A DNA stretch of 64,000 nt from assembly GCA_002269645.1 (NCBI GenBank), contig NIVC01002509.1, forward strand, positions 65,803-129,802, written 5' to 3'. Both the position numbers and the translations under genes were made by a program. The notes beneath the pieces are model-generated. The model did not search any database, was not told the DNA's origin, and worked only from the letters and a program-made list of their open reading frames with translations. This DNA comes from Macrostomum lignano (lineage: Eukaryota). Positions 34,417 to 64,000 of this stretch are shown here, piece by piece. Position 1 is the first letter of the stretch; every line of letters begins with the position of its first letter.

Positions 34417-35247
34417 GTATATCTATACTATTAGACAAACCGCTCGCTTCTTTGACTAAAACGTCAACAACGGCGTTTATAAACACTGAGAACGGAACCC
34501 GTAACGCATGCGCAGTACACTTGTAAAAGCGATATTTAGTTAACAATTTTAGTTTCCTTGTACCGATATGTCTGTTATTTTTTACTTGACAATCCGAATT
34601 TAGCGAAACGCACAAAAGCAGTAAATAGCAAAATTCTTTTTTTCGCAACAATGCTTGAGCTTCTACTAGAAGACAAAAGAAACAGTTTCGGTACTTCAGG
34701 CGTGAAGGTATACTTGTATTTCAGTTTTTTCTTGTCAAAAGGTATTTTACCATTTAAATAATGCTTCGAGAGTCGAGAGTTTTTGACAAAGTCTCTCTTT
34801 AAAAAAGTTATTTGATGAAAAAACAAGCAACAATGTCTTTGTATTTCGTATTAGCAATTAGCGGGTCAATGTTTGTTTGCTGTCCAACACAGCGCCTGTC
34901 CCCATTTTCGGGCCTTTTCAAATGTGCCAGCTCTCTGTCTCTGCCTTTACTTGAAATGGGTGCCTGATGGGGACAGTTATAAACTGTCCCCGTGCCTGAT
35001 TCCTACACATATCTAATTGCGATTCGTAACTGCTGCAGTTTGGGGAGTTCTTCAAAATGGTAAGTCGTGCATCCTAAAACTTCGCGCTCCAGAAAGTCCC
35101 TTGACCTATCCCCCGTGCCGTACGATCCCTCAATCAATTATAAACTAATTCATATTTCCAATGTTATTCACTAGACTTTCACTTACCATTCCCCAAGGAA
35201 TTAGACTAATCCGGTAATCCCATTCCCAAAGTCATTAGACTTCCCAT

Positions 35248-36344
35248 TAGGGAATACAATCCAGGATCCCGGGATCCCAGAATCACAGGATTAGGCCCAA
35301 ATCCCGGGATTCTAAATCCCCGGATCGACCATCGGGATCCTGATCTAGCTTTGTAATAATTCAACCATTCATTCTCGAGTAGTAGTACATGTATCTGCAG
35401 CTGAGATACTTGTCAGGTGAAAATCATAACCCAGTTGTCCTACTTTGATTTCTTAATATTTTAACCAATGCAGGCTAGAGAGTAGAAGGCTATAGGGCTG
35501 CAAGGATACAAAACAGAAGCTGTTAGCAGATCGTAAGGAGATTTAAGGTGTAATAATGGACCATCTCCATCTACTTTAAGCAGTGACTTAACTTCAAAAC
35601 TCCTTGGCCATAGTTGGGATCGGCCCACAACCCAAGCTACCAATTCTCCATCTAGGGCGGGTGCCCCTGGAAGGGTGATTTCTGATCCCCTTCTACCCTG
35701 GTATCAGTACCTCCGGCCATAGCTCTGTAAGTTACATGGGCGGCGGGAGCTTGCGGCCCCGGGGGCATGTGCCCCTCCCATAAAATGAGTCCATGCAGCA
35801 CACAAAACATTGTGACCTGAATTTTCGAGTTTCTGATATTTTAGTGCTTAGTAATAGATAATATCCATATTTTTTAGTGCTTTTTCTGATTTTAGGCTGT
35901 AATTAGCAGCATAGATAGACACCCGTGCCCCCGTGCCCAATGCCCAGTGACCCCCCCCCCTTAAATGTTAGGCTCCGCCGTCCCTGGTAAGCTATCATTC
36001 CCCAGGTTACATCACAATCAAGAGTGATTTTCCTGAGCTGATACGCTCGTACTGGCACGTAAAAAGCACGACTATTACGCCAGCCCGTACATCACCACTC
36101 CAATTCAGAGTCCATTAATGTCAGATTCTTGCTTGCAAAATATTTTATTCTGTTCTACTTTTATTATTAAAAGGATGAAAGCCCTTTAAAATTAGGTTAG
36201 ATGGCTTCGTAAACCGAAATTGCACCAACAAAAATTAGAAACCTTTTCAACCCATGCCTGGATCCCGGCCCAGTTCGTCGGAATCCTGGGTTTTTCAAAG
36301 TCCGGGATATCCCGATCCCGAGAATCGCGATTTTGTATTCCCTA
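35248..36344. mobile_element. Non-autonomous DNA element with TAGGGAATACAA terminal inverted repeats and ATCCCGGGAT-type subterminal repeats
   Basis: TAGGGAATACAA at 35248 and TTGTATTCCCTA ending at 36344, with GGATCCC/CCCGGG-rich subtermini at both ends. No TSD was found. Confidence 0.75.
35735..35986. mobile_element. hAT-type MITE nested in the 35248-36344 element
   Basis: Imperfect TIRs CATGGGCGGCGGGAGC / GCTCCGCCGTCCCTG, flanked by GTAAGTTA (35727-35734) and GTAAGCTA (35987-35994), a 7/8-identical 8-bp TSD. Confidence 0.8.
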
Positions 36345-36826
36345 GGCCTTGACCCTGACCACTGATTGTAACTTTAAAGCCGCCACCACCAGGCGCCAGG
36401 CAATCAGCGCAGCATTAAACAGCAAAACCATACATTTAAAACGTAAAAATGTTAGTAAAAAAACAATTAAAATTATTTTTTCTGATTCAATTTTTTTTAA
36501 AAACTTGTTAACGGGATTGAAAGGCAAAAACTAAGGTTTGACCTCTCGTCTCCCTCTCCCTAACTGTAGCTTTTCCGGATAAACTGGAATTTGGATTGGA
36601 ATTGTAAATTGGAACTTGGAACCCTGGATTTCGCCAAACATTACCTAGATTTAGAAGGAACTGGGTTGGGTCGGGTGTGCGTTTCTACTCCTATGTTGGG
36701 ACGGGAGTCGGGACGGGAAGGGAGTTTGAACTCGGGGAATGAATGGTTTTTAAATTCGTCTGGTCGTGCATTTGGCAAAACCCACTGAGTATAGTCAGTC
36801 TAAGTATGAGAAACGACAATTTAGGG

Positions 36827-36983
36827 CAGGGGCGGATCCAGAAATTTTTGAGGGGGGGTAAGCCATGCCATTGCCAACCCAAGCACTACAAGTCTACAAT
36901 CCAATATTGGAAAATAGACTTTGCAGTTACAGCAGGCCAAAAAAATATGGCCATGCGGCCTGCCCCCTCTGGATCCGGTTTTG
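36827..36983. mobile_element. Short MITE-like element with CGGATCCAGA / TCTGGATCCG inverted repeats
   Basis: Perfect 10-bp inverted repeat at 36833-36842 and 36968-36977 with G/C runs inside; no TSD seen. Confidence 0.65.
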
Positions 36984-39177
36984 GGCTCCGTGTCTCGGCA
37001 TCGGCACGGCATCCTCAGCTCAATTCCAATACCCAAAAACGAATAGAAGACATGTTGTTGTTCCTCTCCTCTCGAGTCTCCCACTCTCCTACCGTTTTCG
37101 ATATCTTCACAATCACAGGGGCACCATAAAAGCTCCAAACAGGGAGAAACGAGAGGAAGGGGTTTATTTGTTTGCGGCCGCATGCCGCATGGTGCAATTC
37201 TCACCGGGCCCGCACCCACCCCACCAGCCTGCACAAGGGGTTTTTACATCCATGAGAGCTTGTCTGACTATTGGCTAAGTAAGAAGCGAAGGCCAGTCGG
37301 GTAAGAAAAATAAGTAAGAAAGATTTCTAGGACTAAGACCATAAGGTTCGTTCATCGTAAAACGGAAAAAAAGATAAGGCTGGACCAACTCCCTAGAGCC
37401 CGTGCTATGTACGCTTCTAAATAAGTAAAAGAGCGTTTTGGTCCCCCACTCAGTTTATCGACCGGTTCACCCCTCCCCTAGCCAAAATCACGCCCAACAC
37501 CCCACAATCCGACTCTTTATTAACTGGTTGGCTAGACAAAGAGGGTCGGGGCCGTCTCGTACAGTCAGGCATAATAAAAGGACGCTGTGAGGAGGGACCT
37601 TTTGGCTGGGCCTATAATTTTTCTTAACCCTCCATCCGTTCCCCTTTAACCTCTTCTACACAAATATTCCAGTTTCATAGGGGCCACCTTGTGCCCATGA
37701 GAAAGGAAGCAAAGGAGGTCTCCATGCTCCTATTTCACTTTATTCCATTCCGGCTAGCTTAGCTTAGCTTAATTTTATATTCATGTATATTTATTTTATT
37801 TTCACACACTATTTAATTAGATAAAGAGCGTAATTAAGTCAGAATCAGGCTCAATCGGCAATCGGCATTACTTTGTTAACTGGTATTTAAACGTCTCTCT
37901 TCTCTTACTGGCGATTGGTAGGCAGCCAAGTCGTAAGTAAGATGCTTAATGAACTGACAAGTGACAACTGTCGAGTTATTTTTTCTTCTAACACCTGTAC
38001 CTAGTCTGACGCGAGTTGCACGGAGAAGCAAAGCCAAGCCAAAAAACAACTGAGCAAGGACAGTTTGCCTACATTATTTGCTTGTGTTTGTTTGTTCGTT
38101 CGGCTCGCGTACTGCTAGCAGGTTAAGCTACCTTCCCCCGTTCTTTCTTCGATACGTATTACGTAAGTTATTCATCCCTTTTTATATTTGGCCTTGTAAA
38201 ACTCCATATACATAGACTTAGTCCTGGCCGTGTCTGTCTGTATCCTGATTTCAAATGTTCGTGCTTGTCTTAGGGATCGACATCGAGTCATTATCGAAAA
38301 AATACTTTAACTTTCAAGCAAAGCAACTGGGAACTTATCTTCTAGCGCGTACACTTCACGACTTATTGTAGTAATGAAATAATCAATACTAAATAAATAT
38401 AGAATTACTTGTTCGTAATCGTATGCATTTTTTATCAATTTCTGTTATTACCAACTATTAGTCGTAGAAGATAGGTGATGCTGCTGATGCATGAGCATAA
38501 ATCTGTTTGTCAAACAGTCCAGGACAATCCAGAATGATAATTCTGTAAACGACAGTAGAAACTTTTTAAAAAGCACTTGTATTTTTAAGGATTTTTAGAA
38601 TATCTGCATTCTTATTGCAATCGTACTACTTGTAAGTAGGCCTTATCAGTTTGTAAAAAATGTTTTGAATATTTCAGGTATTTCACTCGTGGACGCAGAG
38701 AAAAACACACGAACGAGTTTTCAATAGTATAGCTTTTAGGCAGCAAGCTGCTCATATGTACCTTTCAAACATCAACAAGTTTATTTTTAAATAAGAATTG
38801 ATAAGAAACGAGTTGTACAAAGTGTAAATTTCTGTACACACCAAGCATCAATGCAGGGTCTAACTATTCATTGCAAGAAGGGAAATACGTATTTCTTTCA
38901 TCAAACGCACATTTTTGAACTTTGAACAGCTTCTAGCTGCCAAGGACAAGAGTGCAACTCGCGACTAATTGAGTTTTTTTTGCATTTCCAGTGCGCGCAT
39001 TATAGAATTCTACTGAAAAATTAGATTAGTTAAAAATGGGTTCTTCGCTTTTCAAGTTAGTGTTTGCAAATAACAGCCAATATATAAGCTCGCTTTTGAA
39101 CAGCTGTTATAATGGGGTTCAATATACCGGTACTTCAACATATGTAAATGTACATGAAGCGCTATTTCTAAATCACC

Positions 39178-60493
<21,316 letters not shown>

Positions 60494-63400
60494 AGTGATC
60501 CTGGCAGTTCTGCTTGACAATGTCTTTTTTTCAACCGTGTGGCGGCATGAAGGCTGTAGTCTGCCCTAGGCTTGAGCCGATCGCATTACTTTAGTTTGCT
60601 ATTTCAAAATATTCCTGGAATTAAGATAGGCAATGTATATTGATTTGACCAAACACTTTATTGGCTTCTTGTATTTTATTTGATGCCCGTTTGTTGGTAG
60701 ACGTTTGTTAGTCCTTTGCAAGTGGGCCTTTTTCAACCATTGGAGGAGGCACGGGGAATGGCTATTTAGGGTTGGTAGGGGGCCAGACAGAGAGAATTGG
60801 GGAGTGGGGTGGCTGGCCATGCTGAACCAGTCAGCACGCAAGCGCTCCACCCCAACACAGTCGCCTGTTCTCACTGCTAGCTGGTCTTCCCCTTGACTCA
60901 GAGGGGGGGGGGCGGTGCGTGTTGAGAGCAAGGGCAGACAGACAGACAGGGCGTGTGAGCGAGAAGAGCGAAGGCTGAGCAAGAGGCCCCCCTTCCAGAC
61001 ACGGAGGAGTACGGACGAGATCTCTGACTTGAATTGAGGAGATTTTTGTGGAAGCTTTGAAAAACGGAGAGCGGAGGCGAGCGCCTCGGTTAAAGAGGCC
61101 TGCCTGGACTCTAGACCAGAGTCTTGAAAGACGCTAGGGTTTGCCTTTGTTTGTCAGTAAATCTTTGAGCACGCCAAGGGGCATTCTTATTTTTTCTACC
61201 TTAATATATGCCACAGCGTATTTCACTTCTTTGCTTTGCTCTCCTACTATAGCCTACTGTGAGCTCAGGCAGTCCAATGAAGGAAAGCACTACTGTCCGT
61301 TAAGTCAAGCAAACACTCTTCCTGCTCAACTACTCGTTCTCACTCTTACTCACCTCGAATGGCCCTTGATAGCTGAGTCTGTGCCCGGACAAAGTCAGTG
61401 CATTTTATATTAGAATATCGTACAGAGACCGTGTAACAACTTGCACAAAAATTTGGTCGCAATTTTGGACTCGAAGTTTTGACTGCAATTGATATTTGAA
61501 ATTTGTGCAACAGTTTGTCTGAAATTGCGTTCCAATGCAAGATATAAAAATATGCATAATCAGATCGCCTGTTACCCGTGCCACTCGTTGCGAGCTAGAA
61601 TAGTCAGTTGGCAAAGTCCACAAAACGATGGAAGCAAGACTTTAATTCGCTACAAATCGCTCGATTCCCTCAGAGTTCGTTCCACTCTTTAGGGAACGCT
61701 ATTGCGCAGATGCAGAAGAAAAGAAGAAAAATTGCTGACTTTTGCCTTCAGCCGGGCAAACTGCATATAGTAGTTTCCTCTGAGGACAGCAGATGCTTCC
61801 TAGTTATTAGGGGCCCTGTAAAGCTGGCCCGGATTTTATGGTTTAAGCTCGGCTTTTCGCACGAAATTAGCTTTTCCCAAGTTTTACGCCGGAACGTTTA
61901 ATGGCCGAGCTTGTTGCTGGATCAGGATGCAGGGAAGGAGGGATGCAGACTTACTGCTTGGGAAATGGGTGAAATAGCGAGGGATAAGAGAGGCCGTGGA
62001 ATGGATTTTGAGAGAATTTTATAAAACAGATAAAGACAGGAGCTTATCTGCATTTTAAATTTGTCTTGCAAAGCAAGACTTGGAACATGGGGAGGACCAG
62101 AGCCAAGTGGTCTAGCGTGGCGTAAAGTGGTCTTACGTACCACTAACGTACCAGTGGCCCGTGCTCGATCTCAAGTGCAGCCATACTAATTTTGCTTGGG
62201 TCTACTCGTGCAATTAACGGCCTTGAGAGCCAACCCCCAAGGCACAGTGAAGTGTACATGCCCAACGATAAATAAAGTCAGGGTCCCTGTGTACACTCCT
62301 GTGTGAACGTGTGCCTGTGTGTGTATGACTGCGTACGTGTCCGCGCTCTTGTGTGCCTGCTCAGGGAGTCGACGGAACTTGGCCAGTAATGCCTCTCGCC
62401 GGTTGTGTGACAATGTCGCTTAAGCTCCCTGCCTCATACACACACAAAAAGAACTATACTTGTTATAAAAGACCTGCGGCCACCCAATTCTAGTAGAAAC
62501 GAAACGATGCAGTGAATAGACAGACAGTATTTCAGGAAGTTTTGCGCATAGACAGACAGTATTTCAGGAAGTTTTGCGCTTCCAAACTTCCCATTCCTCG
62601 AATTTCCACTCCCCAAGCTTCTTAAAGTTTCGCCGCCAATGACTCTTTTTCCCAGGCTAAGAGACAATGAGCGTGGCAACCGAAATCTAAATGTCATGAT
62701 CTCTAGACTATAGCCAGCAAGCTTGCAATTAAAAACACAGAGGGTCTCAATGACCAACGAAAGCATAGACCGGCTTTCTCAAGCAAGCAACACGCAAGCT
62801 CACATGCGGTGTGCACCAGTCAGCAAGCAAAAGGGGCATTCGTTCAAGCGGTAACAGGAAAACGATCTAGAATGTAATTAGGTTTGTCTCCTTTGTACAA
62901 CTGCAAGGCCCTTACATGTAATTACAGCACGAGAGGGTTTTGCTGCATGGACATGACTATAGTTAACATTAAAGATAAAATTAATAGATTAATAGGAAAA
63001 ATGAGGGCCATCGATGCTTGTAATTAGCAACTGTCGCATCTACACAATTGATTCAGCGCTGTGAGGCCCCCAGGCCCATAAAACTCGTCTGAGAATGGGG
63101 AGAGAGATCGCTTTTAATAGTCAACAAAGGGAGGAATCGAATGCGAGGAGGGCACGCAGTAGTGAAGGCCCTTCGGATTTCGGTAGGGGAGTCTAGGGAC
63201 TAAGTGATTGCGTAATCGGCTGGTCTGAAGAGTTGCAGCTAGCGGGACGGGGCCTAAGCTGCCTCCATTTCGATTAGATCCCAACCGTCACCCTCTCCGA
63301 TTGCTTGTCTCGCCTCCTCATTCTCAACTAAATCTCCAAGCGAACTCTTTCCAGTAAGGCAGAGCATGAGAGCGCTACCAGAGTACGGGCCCATGGGCCC

Positions 63401-64000
63401 GATAAAATCTGCTTAGATTAGGTTTAGCACGCAAGATGGCTGCAGAGGTGATGATGGATGCTGCATGGTGATTTGGGAGTGTTATATCGAATCTCGCAGC
63501 TAGTCCGAATTGGAATTAGATGAAAAGCGAATTGAATTATGGCCTCTACACCCTGTTCCCAGCGAATGTAGATCCTAGCTCACAATGATTCTTCTATTTC
63601 AATTTCACTCTTCAAGAGATGTTAAAGTTAAATTCTGTCTACAGACTGTGTCCATTCTTTCCATGCTATTTTGACAGGCTGCCGAAGCTGTTGCGTCATA
63701 CATGTAGATCTTGCAGCTGCACGGCAAGGTTCTTATCAACTGCCCCAAACCCCATCAGCCAAAGCACCTGACCCCCGCCTACTACAGCGGACAGCGCACG
63801 CGGATAAACATATCAATGCCAAGCCTTCGCTTACCCCTTTGCCCAGAAACGCTGCGCGTGCAGATCAGCCAAGAAATCAAAACAATTGGATCCAGTCAGT
63901 GCTTTAAAATCAAATTTGGGAGAAGACTTTTGGCTTTTTAGACAAATACATGCTTCAGCTACTAGAAGTAGTGTGATTAGTGTTACGGTAAGCAATTAGT

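Noticed and set aside
60599-63941. Short ORFs upstream of Dachsous, including 62186-62413
   Set aside because: No recognisable domains or consistent exon chain; probably the Dachsous 5' regulatory region or leader intron.

Overview
Eukaryotic (metazoan) genomic DNA with GT-AG introns, GC-rich coding exons and very abundant intronic minisatellites. The style resembles the flatworm Macrostomum lignano; this is an inference, not verified. Six genes were reconstructed by hand from splice signals and reading-frame continuity. (1) The terminal exon of a Pro/Gln/Tyr-rich, ALIX-like gene (+, 545-874). (2) An intronless phosphatidylinositol synthase PIS/CDIPT (-, 4252-4932). (3) A six-exon PGAP2 (-, 6041-11437) ending only 1.1 kb upstream of PIS on the same strand, a candidate PI/GPI-pathway operon. 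(4) A seven-exon SLC16/MCT-family transporter (-, 14801-25370). (5) A two-exon gene with a putative TIR-like domain (+, 32791-34416). (6) A three-exon Dachsous cadherin of about 2843 aa with about 25 EC repeats (-, 39178-60493). Nearly every intron carries its own private tandem array. Other features are a tRNA/CORE-like SINE, decayed mariner and RTE-type LINE remnants, nested MITEs (one with an 8-bp TSD), a foldback element with a 9-bp TSD inside a minisatellite, a 233-bp imperfect hairpin and a sharply bounded 3-kb CpG desert. Most ORFs in the supplied track are translation artefacts of tandem repeats or antisense shadows of real exons.
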